From positions 59,419 through 123,418 of the forward strand of contig JAVKIP010000009.1 of NCBI GenBank assembly GCA_031459385.1: a stretch of DNA of 64,000 nt, written 5' to 3'. Within the stretch, counting starts at the first letter, position 1. Each line of letters begins with the position of its first letter. The stretch comes from Candidatus Fervidifonticultor secundus (GTDB taxonomy: Bacteria; Sysuimicrobiota; Sysuimicrobiia; Sysuimicrobiales; Humicultoraceae). The notes below the pieces were generated by a model, which searched no databases, was not told the origin of the DNA, and was given only the letters and a program-made list of their open reading frames with translations. Below, piece by piece: positions 46,857 through 55,962 of the stretch. The position numbers and the translations under genes were made by a program.

Positions 46857-47737
46857 ATCCGCGTGCGCTGGCCGGGCGGCCGGCGCGTCCCCAGCACCAT
46901 GTAGTGCGTGGACCGCACGCGGCGGAAGCCCGCGCGCTCCAGCAGCACCGCCGCCGCCGCGTTGGCGCGCGGAGTGAGTGTCACCGGGCCGCTCTCGAAC
47001 CCCAGTGCCGACGCCGCCACGAGGAGCGCCCCGGCATCGGCAGGGGAGGCGGCCGCCCACGGCCCCAGGCGCCGCGCCTGCGCGATCAGGTAGCCGGCGA
47101 GCGCGCCACGCGGGCCGTCGACCGCAAGGGCCCGGCCGGGGTGCGCGTCCAGCAGCTCCTGCAGCACCGCGCGGCGGTCGCCGCCGAAGACGCGCGCGTC
47201 GGCGGCCGCGAGCGCGTCGAGGTCGCCTGCGCGCAGGGACCGGACCCGCGCCTCCGGCGCGCCGCGCGCCTGCGCGCGCGGCGGCTGCGGGGGTGCGGCC
47301 GGCAGGGCCGCGCCGCCCCAGGGTGTCCCCCCGGCGTGCTCCCAGACGTCGGTCAGGTCGACCTCCACGAAGCCGACCCGCCGGCACAGGGCCGCGCCGG
47401 CGTCGCTGGCGTCGACGGCCACGTGCGGCATCCCCCGCGCGGCAACCCAGCCCAGCCAGTGCTGCAACAGCGCCATGCCCACCCCGCGCCCCTGCGCCGC
47501 GGGGTGCACGGCGAACAGCCCGCCGTAGACGAACGTGCCGTAGTCCAGCCCGCCGGTCACCCCGACGGGAGCACCGTCCAGGACGGCCAGGAACCAGCCG
47601 TCGGCCTGCAGCCGCAACAGCTGCTGCAGCGAGGCCAGCCGGCTCTCGTCGATCTCGAAGGCCGCCTGCACGATCCGGTCCGCTGCCTCCAGGTCGCGGG
47701 GGAGGAGCGGCCGGATCGCCAGGCCGGCCGCGACCAC
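46826..47737 (-). CDS. GNAT N-acetyltransferase (two-domain)
   Basis: AVHPAAQGRGVGMAL acetyl-CoA motif, DARVFGGDRRAVL, LGPWAA. TAGTG overlap with the Rid gene. Confidence 0.82.
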   Translation of the reverse strand: MVAAGLAIRPLLPRDLEAADRIVQAAFEIDESRLASLQQLLRLQADGWFLAVLDGAPVGVTGGLDYGTFVYGGLFAVHPAAQGRGVGMALLQHWLGWVAARGMPHVAVDASDAGAALCRRVGFVEVDLTDVWEHAGGTPWGGAALPAAPPQPPRAQARGAPEARVRSLRAGDLDALAAADARVFGGDRRAVLQELLDAHPGRALAVDGPRGALAGYLIAQARRLGPWAAASPADAGALLVAASALGFESGPVTLTPRANAAAAVLLERAGFRRVRSTHYMVLGTRRPPGQRTRIYGAASAALG

Positions 47738-48195
47738 TACTCCACCTCGAGGATCATCTCGATCTCGACGGCGATCTTGCGGGGCAGCGAGCCCATCCCC
47801 ACCGCCGAGCGCGCGTGCCGGCCCGCCTCGCCGTAGAGCGCCACCAGCAGATCGGAGCACCCGTTGATCACCTCGGGTTGCCGGTCGAACTCGGGCGTGC
47901 AGTTGACCATGCCCAGCAGCTTCACCACACGCTTCACGCGGTCTAGGTCGCCCAGGGCCTCTTTCACCGACGCCAGGCAGTTCAGCCCGACCAGCCTGGC
48001 CGCCTCGTACCCCTGCTCGACCGTCAGGTCCTGGCCGACCTTGCCGGTGAACACCAGCGCGCCGTCGCGGTGGGGCCCGTGCCCTGAGACGAACAGGAGG
48101 TTGCCGACACGCACGGTGCGCACGTAGTTGGCCACCGGCGCCGGCGGCGGTGGCAGCTGCAAACCCATCTCGGCGAGCCTGGCCTCGACCTTCAT
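47737..48195 (-). CDS. RidA/YjgF/UK114-family protein
   Basis: PVANYV, LFVSGHGP, INGCSDLL, GRHARSAVG, AVEIE. RBS GAGGAG. Confidence 0.92.
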   Translation of the reverse strand: MKVEARLAEMGLQLPPPPAPVANYVRTVRVGNLLFVSGHGPHRDGALVFTGKVGQDLTVEQGYEAARLVGLNCLASVKEALGDLDRVKRVVKLLGMVNCTPEFDRQPEVINGCSDLLVALYGEAGRHARSAVGMGSLPRKIAVEIEMILEVE

Positions 48196-48330
48196 GCATC
48201 TCCTCCTCTGCGGTGTGATGTGATGGCCTCTGGTACGCGATGTGACGGCCCGCTGGGGGAGATACGACGCCGAGGGCGATCGTCCCGCCGGTGCGGAGGA
48301 ATCCTCTCCCGAGCGCCCAACCCTGTGTCC

Positions 48331-49020
48331 ATGCCCCTGCGGGCGGTGACCTTCGACGTCTACTCGGCCCTGTATGACATCACCACGGGGCTGGCCGGGG
48401 CCGTCGGTGACCTCTACCGGCACCGGGGCCTGGCTGGGGATCCGATATCGGTAGCGCGGAGCTGGCGGCAGAAACACATGGAGTACCTGCTGATAGCCAA
48501 CTCGCTGGAGCGCGAGCCGGCATCGAACCGCCGCGCCATCGAGGCGTCGGCGCGCTGGGCGGTGCGGGCGCTGCAGCCGCCGATCGGGGCCGACGAGCTC
48601 GCGGCGCTGGTCGCGGCGTGGACGCGGCTCCCGCCCTGGCCCGAGGCAGTGGAGGTCCTGCAGGCGGTCCGGCGGCGGCCGCTCGTGCTGGCCACGCTAT
48701 CGAACGGCGATGAGGCAATGCAGCGCGACCTGCTGGCCACCCTGCCCGTGGCGTTCGACGTCGTGATCTCCACCGAGGGTGGGAAGTTCAAGCCACACCC
48801 GTCGGTCTACGCGCGGGCGCTGGCCCGCCTCGGCGTGGACGCGGGCGTGGTGCTGCACGTGGCCGGCTCGCCCACCGACGCCATGGGCGCCACCGCTGCC
48901 GGGATCCGCACCGTCTGGGTAAACCGGGCCGGCGACGCGGTGCTCGACCCGCGGTTCGCGCCGGCCTGGGAGGTGGCCGACCTGCGGGGGATCCCGCCCC
49001 TGCTGGATCGGCAGGCGTAG
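48331..49020 (+). CDS. HAD-superfamily hydrolase, haloacid dehalogenase type II-like
   Basis: TFDVYSAL, WRQKHMEY, LSNGD, FKPHPSVY, WVNR. Confidence 0.85.
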   Translation: MPLRAVTFDVYSALYDITTGLAGAVGDLYRHRGLAGDPISVARSWRQKHMEYLLIANSLEREPASNRRAIEASARWAVRALQPPIGADELAALVAAWTRLPPWPEAVEVLQAVRRRPLVLATLSNGDEAMQRDLLATLPVAFDVVISTEGGKFKPHPSVYARALARLGVDAGVVLHVAGSPTDAMGATAAGIRTVWVNRAGDAVLDPRFAPAWEVADLRGIPPLLDRQA

Positions 49021-49091
49021 ACGCGCCTCCCCTCACCGGCCGCTCGACCCTCGCCCACGAGCCCGCCGGCACGGCCCACCGCGCCGGCGCG

Positions 49092-49994
49092 TCACGTGCG
49101 CAGCCGCGGGTCGAGGTGGTCGCGCAGCGCGTCGCCGAAGACGTTGAACGCCAGCACCGCCAGGCTGATCGCCAGGCCGGGGAAGACGGCCATCCACGGC
49201 GCCTTCGTGGCGAAGTCCACGGCGGCGCCCCGCAGCATCAGCCCCCAGGCCGGCGTCGGCTCCGAGACCCCGAGCCCCAGGAACGAGAGCGACGCTTCCA
49301 GCAGGATCGCCTGCCCCAGGAATGCGGTGAGCATCACCAGGTAGGGCGCCATCACGTTGGGCGCCATGTGCCGGGTGATGATGTGCGCGTGGCCCCCACC
49401 CGTGGCGCGCGCCGCCTCGATGTAGACCATCTGCCGCACCCCGAGCGCGCTGCTGCGCACCACTCGCGCGGCCCGCGGCAGGAACGAGAGCGCGATGGCC
49501 AGGATCAGCTTGCCGGTCCCGGCGCCGATCAGCGACACGATCGCCATGGCCAGGATGATGATGGGGAAGGCCAGCAGCACGTCCACCAGCCGCTGCACCA
49601 GCAGGTCGGTGAGGCCGCCGAAGTAGGCGCTGGCGACGCCGATGGCGCCGCCCAGGGTCGCCCCCAGCACCGAGGCGCCGAACCCGACGAGCGTGGCGGT
49701 GCGGGCCCCGTAGAGGATGCGGCTGAGGACGTCCCGGCCGAACGCGTCGCTGCCGAACCAGTGGGCGCGCCCGGGGGGCGCGAACATCGCGGAGAAGTCC
49801 GTGGCCACCGGGTCGTAGGGCGCGATCTGCGTGGCCAGCAGCCCGGCCAGCAGCATCGCCACGATGGCCGCGGCGCCGGCCGCGCCCACCGGATAGCGGC
49901 GCACGAAGCGCCAGGCCGGATGGCGGCGCAGGGCCAGCGGTGGCGCGAGCCGCACGCCGGCCGCCGCCTCAGGGTCGCCCCGGACGGTCGCCAT
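49092..49994 (-). CDS. Dpp/Opp ABC permease C
   Basis: HWFGSDAFGRDVLSRILYGAR, YIEAARATG, EASLSFLGLG. Confidence 0.92.
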   Translation of the reverse strand: MATVRGDPEAAAGVRLAPPLALRRHPAWRFVRRYPVGAAGAAAIVAMLLAGLLATQIAPYDPVATDFSAMFAPPGRAHWFGSDAFGRDVLSRILYGARTATLVGFGASVLGATLGGAIGVASAYFGGLTDLLVQRLVDVLLAFPIIILAMAIVSLIGAGTGKLILAIALSFLPRAARVVRSSALGVRQMVYIEAARATGGGHAHIITRHMAPNVMAPYLVMLTAFLGQAILLEASLSFLGLGVSEPTPAWGLMLRGAAVDFATKAPWMAVFPGLAISLAVLAFNVFGDALRDHLDPRLRT

Positions 49995-50075
49995 CACGCC
50001 CCCACCCGCGGCCGCCCCGGGTCTCTGTCGGCCCGCGCCCACCCCAGCCATCTCCCGGCCCGCGACTCGGGGCGC

Positions 50076-51029
50076 CTACGCGTAAGCCACCCGCGGGTCG
50101 ATCCACGCGTAGAGCAGGTCCGTGAGGAAGTTGACCACGACGTAGGCCGCCGCCACCAGCAGCAACAGCCCCTGGATCAGCGTGTAGTCGCGCTGGGCGA
50201 TGGCATCCACGATCAGCTTGCCGATGCCGTTGAGGTTGAAGACCTGCTCGGTGACCACCAGACCCCCGATCAGGAAGGCGAACTCCAGCCCGATCACCGT
50301 CACCACCGGCATCAGCGCATTGCGCAGCGCGTGGCGGCGCAGGATCGCCCGCCGCTCGAGCCCCTTGGCCCACGCCGTGCGGATGTAGTCTTCGCGCAGC
50401 ACCTCCAGCAGGGCCGAGCGGGTCATGCGGGTGGCCACCGCCGAGTACCGGTAGCCGACCGCCAGCGCGGGCCAGATGAGCTGTGCCAGGTTGGCGCGGG
50501 GGTCTGTCCACAGCGACGTGAACGTGAGCGGCGGCAGGTAGTTGAAGACCGACAGCAGGAACAGGATCATGAGAATTCCGAGCCAGAACGACGGCACCGC
50601 CAGCCCGGCCACGCTGAACACCTGCACCAGGTGGTCGGGCCAGCGTCCCCGATAGACGGCCGCCGCGGTCCCGAGGGGAACGGCGATGGTCGTGGCGATG
50701 ATGGTGGCCATCACCGCCAGCTGCAGTGAGAGCTCCAGGCGCAGGCCGATCTCCTTCGCCACGGGCTCGCCCGACCACATCGACAGCCCGAGGTCGCCCC
50801 GGACGATGCCGGTCATCCAGGCCACGAACTGCGCCCCCAGGGGCCGATCCAGCCCCAGCCGCGCCCGCTCGGCGGCCAGGACCTGCGGCGTCACGTAGGA
50901 CCCGCCCAGCACCATGCGCAGCTCGACGATGTCGCCCGGCACGACGCGCACCAGCACGAAGATCAGCACCGCCACCGACAGCAGCGTCGGCACCATCAGG
51001 AGCAGGCGGGTCAGGATGTACCGTTGCAC
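50076..51029 (-). CDS. Dpp/Opp ABC permease B
   Basis: YILTRLL, GLDRPL, PSFWLG, DYIRTAWAKGL, HALRNA. Confidence 0.92.
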   Translation of the reverse strand: MQRYILTRLLLMVPTLLSVAVLIFVLVRVVPGDIVELRMVLGGSYVTPQVLAAERARLGLDRPLGAQFVAWMTGIVRGDLGLSMWSGEPVAKEIGLRLELSLQLAVMATIIATTIAVPLGTAAAVYRGRWPDHLVQVFSVAGLAVPSFWLGILMILFLLSVFNYLPPLTFTSLWTDPRANLAQLIWPALAVGYRYSAVATRMTRSALLEVLREDYIRTAWAKGLERRAILRRHALRNALMPVVTVIGLEFAFLIGGLVVTEQVFNLNGIGKLIVDAIAQRDYTLIQGLLLLVAAAYVVVNFLTDLLYAWIDPRVAYA

Positions 51030-51065
51030 GGGGCCGTGGGGGGCGCTCCCGGCGCGTCGCCGCCG

Positions 51066-51103
51066 CCGGCAGGGGGAGGAGCCACAGGCCCCTCCCCTGC
51101 CGG
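51066..51103 (-). terminator. Intra-operon hairpin after substrate-binding gene
   Basis: CCGGCAGGGG...CCCCTGCCGG stem extended by 7 further pairs; the one mismatch reads as G-U on the minus strand. Confidence 0.55.
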
Positions 51104-51108
51104 AGACG

Positions 51109-52734
51109 TCACTGGCTGCCGTCCGCCAGCCAGTACTCGGCCAGGTCGGGCTCGACGTAGTGGTTGGTGGTAGTCTTGTAGCCCTGCAGCGTGCGCCAGT
51201 GGGGGACGATGCGCTGCCACCACAGCACGTACATGGCGTACACCTGGTCGTGCAGCAGGCGCCGCTCGAACCGCCGGACGATCTCCAGCCGCTTGGCCGG
51301 ATCAGCGGTGCGGCTCTGCTGGACGAACATGAGGTCCAGCTGCCGGTCGATGTAGCCACCGTAGTTCAGCGGGTTCACGTCGGAGGAGACGAACTTGGCC
51401 AGCTGCACGTCGGGGTCGTCGATGAAGTCGCAGGCGAAGTCCACCGACGCCTCGTAGTCGCCTGCCCGCATGTCAGCCAGGTACTTGGCCGTCTCCTGCT
51501 GCACGTGCTGGACGTTGAGACCGATCTGCCGCCACTGGTCCACCAGGAAGATGCCGACCGGCTCGTAGGGCATCTGGACGTCCCGGTTCTTCAGGGTGAA
51601 GGCGAACCCGTCGGGCACGCCGGCCTCGCGCAGCAGCGCCCGGGCCTGGGCCCGGGCCTGGGTGATGTCGCGGCCGTAGCCGGCCAGCCGGGTCAGTTCG
51701 GCCTCGGGCATGGCGAACTCCGAGCCGGGGCGCATGACGGCACCCACGGGCCCGACGAAGGCGATCTGCGAGAGGGCTCGCGAGCCGCCCCACCGGTCCA
51801 CGGCCAGGGTCAGCGCGCGGCGGACGCGGGCGTCGTCGAAGGGCTTCCGCCTGGTGTTGAACGCCACGATCAGGTTGCACAGCCAGGGCTGCTCCTGCAC
51901 CACGATGCGGTTGCCCAGGGTGCGCACCAGGTCATCGCGCTCTGCGGGCGACACGCCGCGGAACTCGATGAGGGCCTGCCCGCTCTTCAGGGCGGCGATC
52001 AGCGCCGACCGGCTGCCGATGAAGAGCGCCGTGTAGCCGTCCAGGTAGGGTTTGCCGCGATCGAAGTAGTCTTCGTTGCGGCGGCCCACCCACCGCGCGC
52101 CGCGCACGTACTCCACGAACCGAAACGGCCCGGTGCCCATGACGTTCCGCTCGTACCAGCGGGGGTCACGGGCCAGGATGTCGGCCTTGTAGATCCAGTT
52201 GAACGGCGACGCCAGCTTCTCCAGGAAGCTGGGCACCGGCCACTTCAGCCGGAACACCACGGTGTTGGCGTCGGGGGCCTCGATGGCCCGGACCCCCTGG
52301 TAGATCGCCTGCCGGACGCTGACGACCCCCTCGGGGGGAAAGATGATCTTGTCGAAGCTGGCCTTCACGTCGCGCGAGGTCAGCGTCGAGCCGTCGTGGA
52401 ACTTGACACCCTGTCGAAGCTTGAAGGTCCAGGCCGTGCCGTCGCGCGAGGTCGTCCACGACTCCGCCAGGTCGGGGACGACCCTCGGGTAGTTCTGCGG
52501 GTCGAACTTCACCAGCAGGTTGTAGTGGGGCCGGATGGGGTGGATCATGGCGAACGTCGTCTCGCGGTGGGCGTCGAACGACGGCGGGAGCGCGCTCACC
52601 GCGTAGGCGAGTGTCCCGCCCCGGCGGGGTTGCTGCGCTTCAACGCCTCCCGCCGGTGCCAGCAGCGCTGCGGCGATCACCAGGCCTGCGGCCGCTCTTC
52701 CCCATCGTCTCCCCGGTATCCCCTCCGTCCGCAT
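51109..52734 (-). CDS. ABC substrate-binding protein family 5 (DppA/OppA-like)
   Basis: Signal peptide, PDLAESW, FKLRQGVKFHDG, GTGPF, KPYLDG, PFDDARVRRA. Confidence 0.92.
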   Translation of the reverse strand: MRTEGIPGRRWGRAAAGLVIAAALLAPAGGVEAQQPRRGGTLAYAVSALPPSFDAHRETTFAMIHPIRPHYNLLVKFDPQNYPRVVPDLAESWTTSRDGTAWTFKLRQGVKFHDGSTLTSRDVKASFDKIIFPPEGVVSVRQAIYQGVRAIEAPDANTVVFRLKWPVPSFLEKLASPFNWIYKADILARDPRWYERNVMGTGPFRFVEYVRGARWVGRRNEDYFDRGKPYLDGYTALFIGSRSALIAALKSGQALIEFRGVSPAERDDLVRTLGNRIVVQEQPWLCNLIVAFNTRRKPFDDARVRRALTLAVDRWGGSRALSQIAFVGPVGAVMRPGSEFAMPEAELTRLAGYGRDITQARAQARALLREAGVPDGFAFTLKNRDVQMPYEPVGIFLVDQWRQIGLNVQHVQQETAKYLADMRAGDYEASVDFACDFIDDPDVQLAKFVSSDVNPLNYGGYIDRQLDLMFVQQSRTADPAKRLEIVRRFERRLLHDQVYAMYVLWWQRIVPHWRTLQGYKTTTNHYVEPDLAEYWLADGSQ

Positions 52735-52884
52735 CGCGGCACCTCCTCGTCCGGATCCACAAGCGCCCTCATGGAGATTCGGGGCGCCGCCGGCTGGCTC
52801 CTCGGCTGCGGGGGGCCAGCGGCGGGGAGCGCCCTGCCGCGCTCCCCGCCCCCGCGCCCCTGCCCGCGCGCTCCTGCTCCCGCG

Positions 52885-54126
52885 CTACCGCCCCCGCGCC
52901 GCCGCCAGCGCCTCCACCGCCTGCTCGAAGCAGGCCATCGGCGGCCGCACCAGGCCGGCGCCAATCTGCCCGATCCCGGGCCGGCGGTGGGCGATCCCGG
53001 TGTTGACGCGGGGCGTGATGCCGGTGCGCACCACCTTCCGCACGTCGATGCCCGTGGGCGTGCCCCGGAAGTCGAGCGGCGGGAGGCCGAACGCCGGGTT
53101 CTCGCCCACGGTGATCTCGTACATCTCCAGGGTGGCCTCCAGCGCCTCCCTGGGTGTGCCGCCCACGAACTTCACGATCGCGGGCGCCGCGGCCATGGCG
53201 AAGGCGCCGATCCCCACCGTCTCGGTGATGGTCGAGTCGCCGATGTCGGGGTTGGCGTCGGCGGCCGCAAACCCCGGGAAGTAGAGGCCGACCGGTACCT
53301 CGGCCGGAGCGGTGAACCACCGGTCGCCCAGCCCGGAGACGCGGATACCGAAGTCGGTGCCGTTGCGTGCCATGCACGTCACCACGGTGCTGCCGGGGAT
53401 GTCCCGGGCGGCGTCGGCCGTGGCCTTGCACGCGGCCATGACCGGGTTCAGCACGGCCAGGTCGTTGTCGGCGAAGTAGCGCAGGACCTGTTCCAGCGCC
53501 TCGGGCGCGAGCCCCACACGGGCCAGGTGCGGGGCCAGCAGCCGTCCGAACAGCGCGGAGCCGGCCACGTTGCGGTTGTGGCCCTCGTCGCCCATGGTGA
53601 GCTGACGCGCGATCAGCGCCTTCATGTCGAGGCCGCCCATGCGCTCCAGCGCGGCGCCCACCGCCGGCCCCAGCACATCGTTCATCCAGCGCAGGCGTGC
53701 CAGCACGTCCTCGCTGTAGGCGCCATAGCGCAGGACCTTCCCGTAGCCCTCGTTCAGGTTACAGTAGGCGCGAGTGCCGGCGGCGCGGTTCTCCACGACG
53801 TAGACCATCATCGACGCCGTGGTGACCCCGGCCATGGGTCCCACCGCAGCGTGGTGGTGGGTGGGCGCCAGCTCCACCTCGCCTCGCTCCACGAGCTGGA
53901 CGGCCGCGTCCTCGGTCGCCGCCAGCCCCTCGAACAGCACCCCGCCGATAATGGCGCCGCGCAGCGGGCCGGTGGCGCGCTCCCACGTGATCGGCGGGCC
54001 GGCGTGCAGGACGAGCCGCGCGTGCATCCCGGGGATGACGTCGCGGGCCCGCGCGGTGCCCACCAGCACGGGCTGGGCGGCCAGCAGGCGGCGCAGCGCT
54101 TCCTGATTGGCGGCGGTGATGTCCAT
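52885..54126 (-). CDS. ylbE: DUF1116 protein YlbE/AllG/YahG-like
   Basis: LHAGPPITWE, VGPMAGV, NLNEGYGKVLRYGA, MGDEGHNRN, NPDIGDSTITET, NTGIAH. Start could be 54135. Confidence 0.9.
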   Translation of the reverse strand: MDITAANQEALRRLLAAQPVLVGTARARDVIPGMHARLVLHAGPPITWERATGPLRGAIIGGVLFEGLAATEDAAVQLVERGEVELAPTHHHAAVGPMAGVTTASMMVYVVENRAAGTRAYCNLNEGYGKVLRYGAYSEDVLARLRWMNDVLGPAVGAALERMGGLDMKALIARQLTMGDEGHNRNVAGSALFGRLLAPHLARVGLAPEALEQVLRYFADNDLAVLNPVMAACKATADAARDIPGSTVVTCMARNGTDFGIRVSGLGDRWFTAPAEVPVGLYFPGFAAADANPDIGDSTITETVGIGAFAMAAAPAIVKFVGGTPREALEATLEMYEITVGENPAFGLPPLDFRGTPTGIDVRKVVRTGITPRVNTGIAHRRPGIGQIGAGLVRPPMACFEQAVEALAAARGR

Positions 54127-54131
54127 CGCCC

Positions 54132-55889
54132 TCATGCCTCCAGCCTGTCGAGCAGATCCAAGAGATGCTTCTTGCCGCCGGCCGGCGGCTGCCAGTCCAC
54201 GGCGACGACCGGCACCTGTTGCTGCTGCAGGTTCTCGGCGAACACCTCGAGCCCCGCGGTGATCACCGCCGGCGGCGTCTGGAGCAGGCGGCGGGCGGCG
54301 TCCACGTTCGGCCACGGCGGCGGCGCCGGTGCGGCGCGGATCGGCGCGCGCGCCAGGGCCTCCCCGCGGCTCCCGCGCGCCTCGGCGATGAGCCCGGCCA
54401 GGCGCGCCGCGCGGGCGTTGCTGTCCTCTACCAGGACGCCGGCCTCCACGAGCGCCGCACGCTGCCCCGCGGCGTTCTGCGGGTCCTCGTCGGTGCCGCA
54501 GACCGTGGTCACCAGGCTCACGTAGCGCCCCGGGGCCCGGGCGCGCAGCTCCTGCACCACCGGCACCAGCGTGCCGGCCGGATCGGGGTGCGCGCCGTAG
54601 CCCAGCACGACGTCGAAGAGCACGATCGCGGTCTCGGGATCCGCGCCCTCCTGCTGCAGGCGCTGCAGCCGCAGCGTGGGATCCAGCATGGGGTGCAGCC
54701 GTCCCTGCGTGAACTCGTCTGCGCCCATGTCGACGACGGTGTGCTCGCGGCTACGCGTGGGGGGGTCGAGCTGCTCGTCGGGCACCAGCGGGGTGTTGGA
54801 CCACACCCGCCCCAGGTGCCCGCGCAGCAGCACCAGCGCCTCGTAGCAGAGCGTGCCGCCGGCGTACAGGCCGCGCACGTACCGCTGCTGCGGCCGCAGC
54901 CGGCCGGCCTCATGCGCCGGCAGCGCGCGCAGCCGCGGCGTCCCGGGGTCGGCCCCGGTCGCCCGACGCACCGCCAGCCGCGCCGCCTCTTCGAGGGTCA
55001 CGGCACTCTCGACGCCGCCGCCGGCCTCTACCGGCGCACCGACGAAGCAGACCACCACGGGCTTGCCGCAGGCGCGCGCGGCGGCCAGCAGCGCCGCCGC
55101 CACCTCGGGCGCCGGCGGCTTGCCGACCAGCACGATCACCTCGGTGGCCGGGTCGAGGGCCAGGGCCCGCAGGCCCTGCAGCATCGTCGCGCCACCCACC
55201 GCGGCCGAGAGGTCGCGCCCGCCCGTCCCGATCGCATGGGTGATGCCGCCGCCGAACCGGTGGATCAGCGAGGTGACCTCCTGCAGGCCGGTGCCGGCCG
55301 CACCCACCAGGCCGATCGACCCACGCCGCACGCGGTTGGCGAAGCCGAGCGCCGCGCCACCGATGATGGCCGTGCCGCAGTCCGGGCCCATGCACAGCAG
55401 GCCGCGCGCTTTTGCGCGCGCCTTGAGCGCGACCTCGTCCTCCAGCGGCACGTTGTCGGAGAACAGCAGCACGTGCAGGCCGGCGTCCAGCGCCTCCTGC
55501 GCCACGGCCTTCGCAAAGCGGCCGGGTACCGAGACCAGGGCCAGCGTCGCCTCGGGGAGCAGGCGCGCCGCAGCGGCGATGGTGCGCGGCCGGTAGCCCG
55601 CGGCCGCGGGCGCCCGCCGGCGCGCCAGCGCGTCCTGCGCCAGGGCCACGGCCGCCCGCGCCGCGTCCTCCGTCGCGGCCCGCACCGCCACCACCAGGTC
55701 GTCCGGCCCGGCTGCGGCCAGGTCGGGGAAGTCCAGCCCGGCGTCGCGCAGCAGCGCCTTGTTGGCGTCGGTGGCCATCACGCACCCGGCCTCCTCCACG
55801 CCGGGCGCGGCCCGGACCTCGCGCTGCACCAGCATCAGCGCCACGGAGTCGACGTAGGCGCCCCGGCGGATGAGACCCACGACCGGCAT
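54132..55889 (-). CDS. fdrA: FdrA/AllF-like acyl-CoA synthetase-fold protein
   Basis: YVDSVALM, LFSDNV, MGPDCGTAII, IGTGGRDL, GGTLCYEA, DEFTQGRLHPMLDP, C-terminal VDWQPPAGG. Confidence 0.9.
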   Translation of the reverse strand: MPVVGLIRRGAYVDSVALMLVQREVRAAPGVEEAGCVMATDANKALLRDAGLDFPDLAAAGPDDLVVAVRAATEDAARAAVALAQDALARRRAPAAAGYRPRTIAAAARLLPEATLALVSVPGRFAKAVAQEALDAGLHVLLFSDNVPLEDEVALKARAKARGLLCMGPDCGTAIIGGAALGFANRVRRGSIGLVGAAGTGLQEVTSLIHRFGGGITHAIGTGGRDLSAAVGGATMLQGLRALALDPATEVIVLVGKPPAPEVAAALLAAARACGKPVVVCFVGAPVEAGGGVESAVTLEEAARLAVRRATGADPGTPRLRALPAHEAGRLRPQQRYVRGLYAGGTLCYEALVLLRGHLGRVWSNTPLVPDEQLDPPTRSREHTVVDMGADEFTQGRLHPMLDPTLRLQRLQQEGADPETAIVLFDVVLGYGAHPDPAGTLVPVVQELRARAPGRYVSLVTTVCGTDEDPQNAAGQRAALVEAGVLVEDSNARAARLAGLIAEARGSRGEALARAPIRAAPAPPPWPNVDAARRLLQTPPAVITAGLEVFAENLQQQQVPVVAVDWQPPAGGKKHLLDLLDRLEA

Positions 55890-55962
55890 GATGGGAGGAT
55901 TCCGAGCGGTCCGCCGCGACTCCTGGCGGCGCAGCGCGGGGAGGGAGCCGAGCGCGCGGCGC

